In this document: positions 18,636 through 27,221 of the stretch, one piece after another | How positions within the stretch are numbered: the stretch's first letter is position 1 | Layout: the number at the start of each line of letters is the position of its first letter | Assembly: GCF_000284455.1 (NCBI RefSeq) | Contig: NC_017039.1 | Span: forward strand, 3,360,001 to 3,392,000 | Origin: Synechocystis sp. PCC 6803 substr. PCC-P | GTDB lineage: Bacteria > Cyanobacteriota > Cyanobacteriia > Cyanobacteriales > Microcystaceae | Length of the DNA stretch: 32,000 bases | Direction of reading: 5' to 3' | Notes under the pieces: generated by a model | Database searches by the model: none | The model's input: only the letters and a program-made list of their open reading frames with translations | What the model was told of the DNA's origin: nothing | Program-made: the position numbers and the translations under genes

Positions 18636-19316
18636 ATGAACATTAAACTTCTCAATTCCCCCCAAACGGCGATCGCCAGGGTACTTCTGGAGGCCAATGA
18701 AGAATTAGCAGCCCAGCATGGTTCTTTAATTGCCATGAGTCCCGACATTACGGTGCAAAGTTCCGTGCGGCGCACTAGCGATGGAGCAGGGAAACAGAGT
18801 AGCCGGGGCAATCAAGTTAAAACCATGTTTTTAAACAATTATCGAACCGGGGAAAATGGCGGTGAAATTTACCTGGCCCCTCCCCTAGTGGGAAACCTGG
18901 GGCACTATCAACTGGGCGGGAGGAAATTAATTGTCCGCCAAAGCTCCTACCTAGCATCCGATGGCAAGGTGGACATTTTCATGGGCTACAAATCCGCCGC
19001 CAAGAAAGAACCCTATTCCTGGCTGAGTTTGGTGGGCGTTGGAGATGTGTTAATCAGCTCCTTTGGGGCCATGTATTCCCTGGAAGTGAATGGCAAACAA
19101 ATTGTCAACTCCGACCATGTGGTGGCCTTTGATAACAGCCTCAAAGTTAAGCCGTATCAAGAGTTGCGTCCCTGGCCCAAACGTCTGGTGCCCAACCAAG
19201 AAATCCTCTATGAATTCAGTGGCACAGGTACAATTTTTTGCCAAACCCATGGTCCTCGGAATTTTGCTCGGGAAGTGGGTCGCCAACTCAAACCGGAAAA
19301 CTTCAAACTGCGCTAA
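18636..19316 (+). CDS. AIM24/DUF124-like protein, paralog 2 of 3
   Basis: 226 aa, starting 19 nt after paralog 1. Equivalent blocks are AAQHGSLIAMSPD, LVGNLGHYQL, LSLVGVGDVLISSFG and VNSDHVVAFDNSLKVKP. Confidence 0.6.
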   Translation: MNIKLLNSPQTAIARVLLEANEELAAQHGSLIAMSPDITVQSSVRRTSDGAGKQSSRGNQVKTMFLNNYRTGENGGEIYLAPPLVGNLGHYQLGGRKLIVRQSSYLASDGKVDIFMGYKSAAKKEPYSWLSLVGVGDVLISSFGAMYSLEVNGKQIVNSDHVVAFDNSLKVKPYQELRPWPKRLVPNQEILYEFSGTGTIFCQTHGPRNFAREVGRQLKPENFKLR

Positions 19317-19369
19317 ATCATAAACCGAAACCACTAATATCATTGCCCTGTAACTGAAATCTGCCCGCC

Positions 19370-20224
19370 ATGATGGAAGAAGAATCCCTAGAAAAGCTCG
19401 AAGAAAGTCTAGAACAGATCGACCCTGAGGAGGATTTGGAAGAGGATTACACCCAACATCTCTTTGCCCATCCCCGGGAAGCAGGGGGAGATAACCAGGT
19501 ACGTCCTACAGATGATGAATTTAATCTTCCCTACAGCATTAATGGCCATGCCCTGTACGCCACCCTGGAGCTGACCCTGAAGCCCGGTCAAATTGTCCTT
19601 GTTGATGCCAATGTAGTCACTGCCATGGACCGTTCTGTTCTCTTTGTTAACAAATTGCGGGGGGGATTGTTGGATGTCCTCCGTAAAGCCCTAGGGATAG
19701 ATACCCTATTTCTTAACCAATTTACGGCAGAACAAAGCGTTGGCCACCTGCAATTGGCGCCAGCCCTACCGGGGGATATTTGTCATTATTTTTTAACCAC
19801 AGAAAAAGGTATTTATCTCCGGGCAGATAACTTCCTGGCCTGCCAACCAACGGTGAAAATTGACACTAATTTCGCCAGTATGAAGCATTTTTATAACGAT
19901 AGTGAGAGTTTTTTATTGCGTTTAGTCGGACAGGGGGATTTGTGGTTCAGTCTTTATGGTGGTTTGGTGCAGGTTTCCATGAACGGCGATCTGGCCTATA
20001 ATCCCGATTACATTGTTGCATTTGAAGATACCCTGGATTACCAAATGACTAAACAGGAGGGGCTCGCCGTCGATCGCCTACGGGGGGACGTGTGGGGTGG
20101 TAAGGGTAGATTGTGCCGCTTCACTGGCCAGGGGAAAATTTGGCTCCAGGCCCGTCAGGCCAATAGCTTTTTGAACTATGTCCAATCAATTTTGCTCAAT
20201 TTACGTTTTCCCCGACTGAATTAG
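19370..20224 (+). CDS. AIM24/DUF124-like protein, paralog 3 of 3, with an acidic N-terminal extension
   Basis: 284 aa, starting 53 nt after paralog 2. The first approx. 55 aa are highly acidic (MMEEESLEKLEESLEQIDPEEDLEEDY). Then come LKPGQIVLVDANVVTAMDRS, LPGDICHYFL, LLRLVGQGDLWFSLYG and NPDYIVAFEDTLDYQM. Confidence 0.6.
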   Translation: MMEEESLEKLEESLEQIDPEEDLEEDYTQHLFAHPREAGGDNQVRPTDDEFNLPYSINGHALYATLELTLKPGQIVLVDANVVTAMDRSVLFVNKLRGGLLDVLRKALGIDTLFLNQFTAEQSVGHLQLAPALPGDICHYFLTTEKGIYLRADNFLACQPTVKIDTNFASMKHFYNDSESFLLRLVGQGDLWFSLYGGLVQVSMNGDLAYNPDYIVAFEDTLDYQMTKQEGLAVDRLRGDVWGGKGRLCRFTGQGKIWLQARQANSFLNYVQSILLNLRFPRLN

Positions 20225-20401
20225 GGGGATCAACGCATTTACGGAGGACTTGGGCCATGGTAGGATTACCAGGTGAAATTAGGTTATGGGCATTAAAAAT
20301 AAGCTTTTGCTTCAACGAATTAGAGCGGAAACTCACACCACTTTTGATCCGCAGTCGAAATTAAAACCACTACAAACATCACAACTTTTTTGGCTAGACC
20401 G

Positions 20402-21196
20402 ATGACAATGGGGGACGATCTCTGGGGATGGCAGAACATCAATGGTTCACCCTATCTCACCTGTGCTTTGTTGGCTCCCTGGCCCCATGCCTTTTTCACC
20501 AGAGCCTTCTATCCCCAATTGCCCGAACAACTGATCACCTATCTTGATCCCCAAGGAAAAGCTTTCCGGGTCAAACAGGTTCATGGGGACGTAACCCTAA
20601 CGGCAACGGAAATTGGCCAAACTCCCTTGGCCCCAGACAGTACCCATCCCCCAGCGGATGGCATCATTAGCGACGCTCCCCACCAAGGGGTCTGGGTGGC
20701 CAGTGCGGACTGTACCCCGGTATTGATTGGCGATTTGATTGGTAAACGTGTGGCGGCGATTCATGCAGGCTGGCGGGGGACCAAAGCCAGAATTGTGCCC
20801 AAAACCATCGATAAATTTCTGGCCCTGGGTAGTGAGTTAAAGGATTTACGGGTTGCCCTAGGCCCGGCGATCGCCGGAGAGGTGTATCAAGTCGATCCCT
20901 GGGTGGCCTTGGAAGTGGGGCAAAGTGTGCAAGCAGTACAAAAATTAGCGACAGAAGAACAGCAATGGGACCATTTATCCACCATGGTGAACCCGCCCGT
21001 GTTACCTGATGCAGAACCGGAAAAATATCGCCTTGATGTGCGTCGCATCAATCAATTGCAACTGTTAGAGTTAGGTTTTGCCCAGGAACAGATTGCTGTG
21101 GCCCCCCACTGTACTTTCCAAATGGAAGAACTTTTTTTCTCCTATCGCCGTACCCACACCAAGGAGGTGCAATGGTCTGGCATTGTCAGTTACTGA
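20402..21196 (+). CDS. pgeF: YfiH/PgeF-family protein (DUF152; purine nucleoside phosphorylase/laccase-like, peptidoglycan editing factor)
   Basis: The ORF is open from TTG at 20390; the first ATG is at 20402. Conserved blocks are VKQVHGDV, ADGIISD, SADCTPVLI and AIHAGWRGT (the His/Cys/His metal triad pattern), plus the C-terminal FSYRR. Confidence 0.8.
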   Translation: MTMGDDLWGWQNINGSPYLTCALLAPWPHAFFTRAFYPQLPEQLITYLDPQGKAFRVKQVHGDVTLTATEIGQTPLAPDSTHPPADGIISDAPHQGVWVASADCTPVLIGDLIGKRVAAIHAGWRGTKARIVPKTIDKFLALGSELKDLRVALGPAIAGEVYQVDPWVALEVGQSVQAVQKLATEEQQWDHLSTMVNPPVLPDAEPEKYRLDVRRINQLQLLELGFAQEQIAVAPHCTFQMEELFFSYRRTHTKEVQWSGIVSY

Positions 21197-21403
21197 CGCG
21201 GAGACAAAATGGGAAATCACTCACGCCTCGTCTCAATTTTTTCCTTGGTTAGTGGTTGGGGCGATGTTGACCAACTATTACAGTTAGGGAGCGACAAATA
21301 TTTTGACCTCCGTACCGGCAGCACCCCCTCCTTTTTTACAGACTTTGGGAGGTTTTGCAAAGTTCAGGAGGAGGTCAACGTTAGAGTTCAGCAAATTAAC
21401 AAA

Positions 21404-21673
21404 TTACTTTTTCGCATTTTCTTTAAAATCCTTATCCACCACAAAACGGTTAGCCACGGTTTCCGGTTGAATAGCCGAAAGAATTACCTGATTAGAGTCC
21501 ATAATGATCACAGCCCTGGTACGTCGGCCATAGGTGGCATCAATTAACTGACTACGTTCCTTGGCATCGCTGATAATCCTCTTAATGGGAGCGGATTCTG
21601 GACTGACAATGGCAACAACCCGATTGCCAGAAACAATATTGCCAAAGCCAATGTTGATGAGTTGAATTTCCAT
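21404..21673 (-). CDS. remA: RemA/DUF370-family small DNA-binding regulator-like protein
   Basis: 89 aa. [76 protein letters not shown] matches the RemA (YlzA) family pattern almost end to end. Confidence 0.8.
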
Positions 21674-21932
21674 AGATTAGGGTGGATGGGAAATGGGAGG
21701 AGAGGGGGAAATGATCGCTTAGGTATTTATTAGAAGCAATGGTTAGCCTTTAAGAGTAAATGTCTGTTTGTCCCGTAATTTAGCTAACTGAGTTAAATTA
21801 TGGCCAATTTCAGCCTATCCCTCCTTTTACTTTCGACTTTCAGGGCTTTTTCCGCGTCTATCCAGAGATAGATTAATCCGGAAAATTAGGACGAACCAGC
21901 GGATTTATCGTCAAATTGCCCAATATTTCCGG

Positions 21933-23417
21933 TTGTATCCACGGAAACTCCCCTTTGTCAACTTTCATGGAATTTTCATGCCCTTTGTTGCCATTGCTTT
22001 CGCCAAAATTTTTGATACCCTCGACGCCACCACCCTAAGTTTTGGGCGCACCCAACTTTCCCTCTTGGATTTATTCCAGTTGGCCCTATCTGCCCTAGCC
22101 ATATTCGTTTTAACCCACTACCTCAATCGGGTTTTACGGAGCATTGTTCTACGGCGTTTTATTTATGAACAAGGCATCCGCTACATTGTGGCCAATTTGT
22201 TGAGCTATGGTTTGGGTTCTTTTTTGTTCATTGCCATGCTCCAAACCAGTGGCATTAACCTCTCTTCTCTCACGGTGGTGGGGGGCACCCTTGGGCTAGG
22301 GATTGGTTTAGGTCTGCAAAATGTGACCCGTAATTTTGTTAGTGGGGTAACTCTGCTGGTGGAGCAAAAGGTCAAAATTGGCGACTATATCCGCTTTCAG
22401 AACATTCAGGGTTATGTGCGGGAAGTATCCACCAGGGCCGTGGTGGTGGGACTCAAGGATGGCTCCAAAGTAATTTTGCCCAGTAGTCTACTGATCGAAA
22501 ATCAGGTGATTAACTATCATTACGAAACGCAAACGGTGCGTTTGACCGTGGCCGTGGGGGTGGCCTATGGCACTGATCCGGTGTTGGTGACGGAAACCCT
22601 TTTGATGTGTGCCTATAGCCAAGCCTGTGTGGTCAAAACTCCCCCAGCCCAGGTGATTTTCCAGAATTTTGGCGACAATGCGTTGGAATTTGAGCTTTGG
22701 GTCTGGATTGAAGAGCAATACATGGGCCAGCATCCGGAAATTCTTAGTGCCCTACGCTACACTATTTGCTTTTACTTTAAGCGCAATGGCATTGGCATCC
22801 CTTGGCCCCAACGGGAACTCTGGCTTAAAAATCCCGAGGCGATCGCCAAATATTTTCACCCGGATTTGGATTTGCCCAGCCTGTCTGACCCAGCGCCCCA
22901 AGAACCGACCATTTCCCTCAGTCAGGTTTTGAAATCGAGTGACTATTTCAGTGGCTTAAACGAGTTGGAAATTCGCCAGTTGGTGGAAATTGGCCAGTTA
23001 CAATCCCTGCAATCGGAGGAGGTGCTTTTTCGGGAACGGGATCCAGCCGATGGCTTTTACATTGTCATTTCTGGGCTGGTGGAAGTCTATACGGAGAAAC
23101 TGGGTCGGGTACTGGCGAGTTTGGGACCTGGTAGTTTCTTTGGTGAATTAGCCTTGATGCTGGGCATTCCCCGCACTGCCTCGGTTAAAGCTAAGGAAAA
23201 ATCTCTCCTGTTTGTGGTGCGATTTCCCCAATTTGAACAATTGCTACAAAGCAATCCTGATTTCCGTGAAGCTATTATCAATGCGTTGGGGGAACACCAA
23301 GGGGAATTAATGCGCCGCAAAGAAGAACTGGCCACCAAGGGTCTCCTTACTTCGGAAGAGGAAGATAGTAATATTATGAACTGGGTGCGTAAACGGCTCC
23401 AGCGGCTATTTGGTTAG
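21933..23417 (+). CDS. MscS-family mechanosensitive channel fused to a C-terminal cyclic-nucleotide-binding domain
   Basis: 494 aa from TTG at 21933 (alternative ATG at 21978). TM helices are followed by the MscS beta-domain (VKIGDYIRFQNIQGYVREVSTRAVVVGLKDGSKVILPSSLLIENQVINY). The C-terminal CAP/cNMP fold shows FRERDPADGFYIVISGLVEV and FGELALMLGIPRTASVKA. Confidence 0.85.
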   Translation: MYPRKLPFVNFHGIFMPFVAIAFAKIFDTLDATTLSFGRTQLSLLDLFQLALSALAIFVLTHYLNRVLRSIVLRRFIYEQGIRYIVANLLSYGLGSFLFIAMLQTSGINLSSLTVVGGTLGLGIGLGLQNVTRNFVSGVTLLVEQKVKIGDYIRFQNIQGYVREVSTRAVVVGLKDGSKVILPSSLLIENQVINYHYETQTVRLTVAVGVAYGTDPVLVTETLLMCAYSQACVVKTPPAQVIFQNFGDNALEFELWVWIEEQYMGQHPEILSALRYTICFYFKRNGIGIPWPQRELWLKNPEAIAKYFHPDLDLPSLSDPAPQEPTISLSQVLKSSDYFSGLNELEIRQLVEIGQLQSLQSEEVLFRERDPADGFYIVISGLVEVYTEKLGRVLASLGPGSFFGELALMLGIPRTASVKAKEKSLLFVVRFPQFEQLLQSNPDFREAIINALGEHQGELMRRKEELATKGLLTSEEEDSNIMNWVRKRLQRLFG

Positions 23418-23468
23418 GGACTGAAGACCACGGACGGACAATTTTTACTAATTATTCCTGAGGTTATT

Positions 23469-23789
23469 ATGGGCAATCGATCTCGTTTTGGGGCATTGAC
23501 ATCCCTTGGTTTAATCGTTGTTGCTCCCTTGGTTCTGATTCTGAGTCCCAATTTTTCGGCCATGGCTACGGAACCGACCCAGACCCAGCTACAAACGGCG
23601 GCCAAACTTGTTTGCCAAGCTTTGAGTGAAGGTAAATCCCCCGATGTGGCCAGGGATGCCGCTAGGGCATATTTAATCGCCGAAGTGGGTAGTCGTGATT
23701 TGCTAAATGCCGATAATGTTCGCCAAAAACTACGGCCGGAAGTGATCAAGCAATGCCCTGGCCAAGCGATGAAACTCATTGGCCGCTAG
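23469..23789 (+). CDS. Small secreted hypothetical protein
   Basis: 106 aa. The signal-peptide-like N-terminus (LTSLGLIVVAPLVLILSPNFSAMA) is followed by a helical hydrophilic domain with two Cys. The antisense ORF has the S/R/W-rich composition typical of a non-coding frame. Confidence 0.45.
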   Translation: MGNRSRFGALTSLGLIVVAPLVLILSPNFSAMATEPTQTQLQTAAKLVCQALSEGKSPDVARDAARAYLIAEVGSRDLLNADNVRQKLRPEVIKQCPGQAMKLIGR

Positions 23790-23831
23790 ACCTTGCTAAC
23801 AAATAAACAACCTCGATAATTTGTCCTGCTA

Positions 23832-24320
23832 ATGCGTCTTGCCACCACCATTGAAGCGATCCTTTATCTCCAGGCTAAACCGGTGGCGATCGCCGACTTG
23901 GTCAGCATCAGTGGTCAGGAAAAGGCCTCCGTGGAGGATGCCCTGATGGAGTTGATGGAGGACTATGCTCACCGGGACAGTGCCCTGGAAATTGTGGAAA
24001 CTAACCAGGGTTACAGCCTGCAACTCCGGGCCGCCTTTCAACATCTGATCCAAGATTTTGTCCCCGCCGATCTCAGCACCGCGAGCCTCCGTACCTTGGC
24101 GGCGATCGCCATTAAATCCCCCCTACTGCAAACAGACTTGATCGAACTACGGGGCAGTGGAGCGTACCAACAGGTGCAGGAATTGGTGGAAACGGGTTTT
24201 GTCCGCAAAAGAAAGCAAACGGAAGGACGCTCCTATTGGCTGGAAATCACCGACAAGTTTCACCAATACTTTGAGATTGATAGTTTACCGGCGGATTTTG
24301 CTGAAAAAAAACCAAAATAA
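23832..24320 (+). CDS. scpB: Segregation and condensation protein B
   Basis: 162 aa. IEAILYLQAKPVAIADLVSISG, the tandem winged-helix pattern, LRTLAAIAIKSPLLQTDLIELRG and GFVRKRKQTEGRSYWLEITDKF are typical of ScpB. Confidence 0.8.
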   Translation: MRLATTIEAILYLQAKPVAIADLVSISGQEKASVEDALMELMEDYAHRDSALEIVETNQGYSLQLRAAFQHLIQDFVPADLSTASLRTLAAIAIKSPLLQTDLIELRGSGAYQQVQELVETGFVRKRKQTEGRSYWLEITDKFHQYFEIDSLPADFAEKKPK

Positions 24321-24603
24321 GCAAAAAAAACATCCGATCTTCTTAAACCCATCCCCAAAAACCAGTTTCACGCTTGATCATTATCGACTTAATCCCACAA
24401 TTGCCAATGGATATGACTGCTGGGGAAACCCTAGGTTACGGACTAGGAACGGGAGGTTAACTTTGCTGAATCTGCCTCAGAGAGCTTTTTCTCACTAGTT
24501 TTACCCCGTAACTTTTCCCGCCAAAACAGCTAAAAAGATCGGGCAAGGCCGCCGACAGCCCTGATAATGGGAAGGAATTGTCGCAAGAGGGTATCAGTCC
24601 GTT

Positions 24604-26292
24604 GTGAAACCCCGTTCTTTTTTCGTTCTACTGGCCGCCGTTGCAATTTTTTCATTGGCTGTGGCCGGCTGGGGTACTGCCCTGGTACTAGGCCACAGTC
24701 CCCTTAATTTAGCCCGGGGAGGGGTGAGCCGTAGTCCCATGGCCCCAGGGTTAATTCCTGGCCAGTCACCCATTATGGTGTCTTTGCTGGTTAATCCCGA
24801 TCGCCTGGAAGCCTTTACCCAATTGGCAGTTAATCCTGGGCGGCGGCGTCGATCCCACCGGGAGTTGGCCGAGTTGGAGCAGAGTTTGCTTGCTAAAACG
24901 GGGCTGGATTATCGCAAAGAGGTGAAACCCTGGTTAGGGGAGGAAGTTACCCTAGCGGTGACAGATTTGGATTACGACCACAATGGAAGCAATGGAGCCC
25001 AACCGGGATATTTACTGGTGGTCCACAGCCGGGATCCAGAGCTGAGTCGGGAGTTTTTGCAACTGTCCTACGCCACTGCGGCGATCGCCGGAGATACGGA
25101 CCTGGTGTTTGACCGTTACCAAGGAGTCAAAATTACCTATAAACACCCCGTTAACCCAGTGCCCAACGGCAATTTACTGGCCAGTGCGGTGGTGGGGGAC
25201 TATGTTCTATTTGCCAATCATCCCCAGGTTTTGCGCCAGGCTTTAAATAGTTTGCAGGCCCCTTCCCTCAGCCTGGCCCAAACCGCAACTTACCAACAGG
25301 CCCTAGCCAGTTTAAATAACCCGAAATTGGGAATAGTTTATGCTAATTTTCCTGCCCTTGCCGCTTGGCTTGGCCAGCGACCTGCCATTGATAAAAATTC
25401 TGACCAAACGGCGATCGAACAAACTTTAACAGTGGCTTTATCTCTCCAAGCCCAGGGATTGGTGGCCCACACTGCTTTGACGGGGGTACCTAGCAATAAC
25501 CCAGGGGAAAAGGCGGAAAATGTAACTGCCATTAAAACCAATTTAGTTAACTTACCCCCCAGCAGTAGCTTGGTAATTAATGGTCAAAACCTAGCTCAAC
25601 AATGGCAACAGTTGGCCACGGGTTTAGCCCCCCATAGTCTCCTACAACAGGCCTTAAGTAAGTTAGTTTATGATTGGCAACAGCCCCTAGGTTTAGATTT
25701 AACCACTGATATTTTTCCTTGGGTGCAAGGCGATTATCAATTAATCTTTTTGCCCAAAACTAATCCGAGCCAAAATGATTGGGTATTTGCCGCCCAGGAC
25801 TTGGATGCCGCCGCCACTGACTTAGCTTTGGAACATCTAGATCAATTGGCGATCGCCGCTGGCTACCAATTATCAACTTTGGACCTGGGTGGGCAACGGG
25901 TATGGGCTTGGACTAGTCTCCAAACCCTGGCCAAGCAGAATATTACCAGCCTACAAACCCAAGTTAGGGGAGTTCATTGCCGAGTCGGCGATCGGGTAAT
26001 TTTGGCCAGTTCCCTCGAAGCTTTATCCCAAGTGTTGGACCAAACCAGTCCTTCCTTGGCTGATCAACCAGAATTTCAACAGGCATTGTCCACTTTGCCC
26101 GATGACAGTTACGTTTACCTTGATTGGCAAAGGGGAGAACCATTTTTTAGCCAACAATTACCCGTGCTCAGGGTATTGGAGTTATCGCTCAAACCTCTGT
26201 TTAAAAATTTACGATCCCTAACCATTAATCAAGAGTCTAGCTCCACTTCCATTAGCAACAGCACTATTTACCTGAATCTGGGGGTTGATTAG
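24604..26292 (+). CDS. Membrane-anchored hypothetical protein (possibly DUF3352 family)
   Basis: 562 aa with a GTG start. It has one N-terminal TM helix (FFVLLAAVAIFSLAVAGWGTALVL) and a large soluble domain. The DUF3352 label comes from memory of similar cyanobacterial proteins and is not verified. Confidence 0.6.
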   Translation: MKPRSFFVLLAAVAIFSLAVAGWGTALVLGHSPLNLARGGVSRSPMAPGLIPGQSPIMVSLLVNPDRLEAFTQLAVNPGRRRRSHRELAELEQSLLAKTGLDYRKEVKPWLGEEVTLAVTDLDYDHNGSNGAQPGYLLVVHSRDPELSREFLQLSYATAAIAGDTDLVFDRYQGVKITYKHPVNPVPNGNLLASAVVGDYVLFANHPQVLRQALNSLQAPSLSLAQTATYQQALASLNNPKLGIVYANFPALAAWLGQRPAIDKNSDQTAIEQTLTVALSLQAQGLVAHTALTGVPSNNPGEKAENVTAIKTNLVNLPPSSSLVINGQNLAQQWQQLATGLAPHSLLQQALSKLVYDWQQPLGLDLTTDIFPWVQGDYQLIFLPKTNPSQNDWVFAAQDLDAAATDLALEHLDQLAIAAGYQLSTLDLGGQRVWAWTSLQTLAKQNITSLQTQVRGVHCRVGDRVILASSLEALSQVLDQTSPSLADQPEFQQALSTLPDDSYVYLDWQRGEPFFSQQLPVLRVLELSLKPLFKNLRSLTINQESSSTSISNSTIYLNLGVD

Positions 26293-26336
26293 CTTGGGGA
26301 AGTGCTCTCGCCATCTGAATTGGGAGCAAAGGTTTA

Positions 26337-26454
26337 GAGCCTGTTTTAAAAGCCCCCTTGGGCCCCCCAATTTTGGGGAAAAGTGAGTGAAATTCCCCCA
26401 GTATTCCGGTCGATTTAGGGGACGCAATAAAACTGTCTAAAAACGTTCTTAGGG
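26337..26454 (+). repeat. Dispersed MITE-like repeat, copy C (about 10 nt internal deletion relative to A and B)
   Basis: GAGCCTGTTTTAAAAGCCCCC..CCCCCCAATTTTGGGGAAAAGTGAGTGAAATTCC..TCGATTTAGGGGACGCAATAAAACTGTCT lies 45 nt after the stop of the 562-aa ORF. It aligns with copies A (reverse complement) and B. Confidence 0.7.
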
Positions 26455-26520
26455 AAATTTCCTTTGCTTTGATCGGATTAGCGTTGTTCCACACTTTGGC
26501 AAAATTTTGCCGACAAACCG

Positions 26521-27153
26521 TCAAAGATCCATACCTCCCTCACTGAGCACCACATTGGGATTTTCCCCCATGCGGAGGATATGGGCCGCCGTATTGTGTA
26601 CGCCAAATTCTGCCCCCAGTTGGGCCCCCAGGGTGCCATGGATGGCCATATAGGCCATGAGAAATAGGGCAAAACCGAGATAGGCCCAGCTAACTTCATT
26701 GCGGCAATTGGTGCGCCAAACAAACCGTTGATAGCCCCGCCAAATAGTTGTGCCCACCATCATCGCCAGTAGCAGGATGCCCCCCACGCCATGGAGCAAC
26801 ATGGTAGTACCAGCGCCAATGCCCCAATCACTGACTTGATTTGTGGGAGGTTGGGCCAAAAGAATTTCAAAAAAGCCCGCCGCCACCGTGAAAAAACTAA
26901 TGAAGGCACCGGCCACGGCATTGTACCAACCCACATCAAAGAAGTTTTGGCGCTGGGCGGGAATGGCAAACCCTTTGAGAATTGGCCGCTCCAAGGGGAA
27001 AAATACGCCCGCAAAATCAAAAATTAGGGCAATGATGAATAACCCCAGACTGAAATGAACCAAATTGGGATGGATGGGAAATCGGTAGGGCAGACCATTG
27101 GTGCCTAGCTGGAGGCCAATTTCTTTGAGTTGGTCAATCAGGGAAGGGTTCAT
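26521..27153 (-). CDS. DUF2231-like polytopic membrane protein (paralog b)
   Basis: I start it at the ATG at 27153 (MNPSLIDQLKEIG..., 210 aa). The 311-aa extension would overlap the upstream gene by over 230 nt. It has the HPNLVHF motif at the first TM helix, 4-5 hydrophobic helices, and further His residues in LLHGVGG and MAIHGTLG. Confidence 0.7.
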   Translation of the reverse strand: MNPSLIDQLKEIGLQLGTNGLPYRFPIHPNLVHFSLGLFIIALIFDFAGVFFPLERPILKGFAIPAQRQNFFDVGWYNAVAGAFISFFTVAAGFFEILLAQPPTNQVSDWGIGAGTTMLLHGVGGILLLAMMVGTTIWRGYQRFVWRTNCRNEVSWAYLGFALFLMAYMAIHGTLGAQLGAEFGVHNTAAHILRMGENPNVVLSEGGMDL

Positions 27154-27221
27154 GGTGCGGTCAATTTCCTCAGTGAAAATGAGATGGGGGGTAAAACTTC
27201 TATTTTGAAAACTTGTTAAGA

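Noticed and set aside
21209-21547. 112-aa plus-strand ORF downstream of pgeF
   Set aside because: It is largely antisense to the remA-like gene, which matches its family almost residue for residue. No motif or plausible fold is apparent.
23414-23779. 121-aa minus-strand ORF antisense to the small secreted-protein ORF
   Set aside because: The plus-strand frame has a signal peptide and sensible helical composition. The minus frame is S/R/W-rich. The strand choice remains only moderately certain.
24321-24603. 283-nt spacer between scpB and the 562-aa ORF as a possible ncRNA locus
   Set aside because: I could not find a convincing conserved-looking structure, promoter/terminator pair or similarity to known RNA families by eye.
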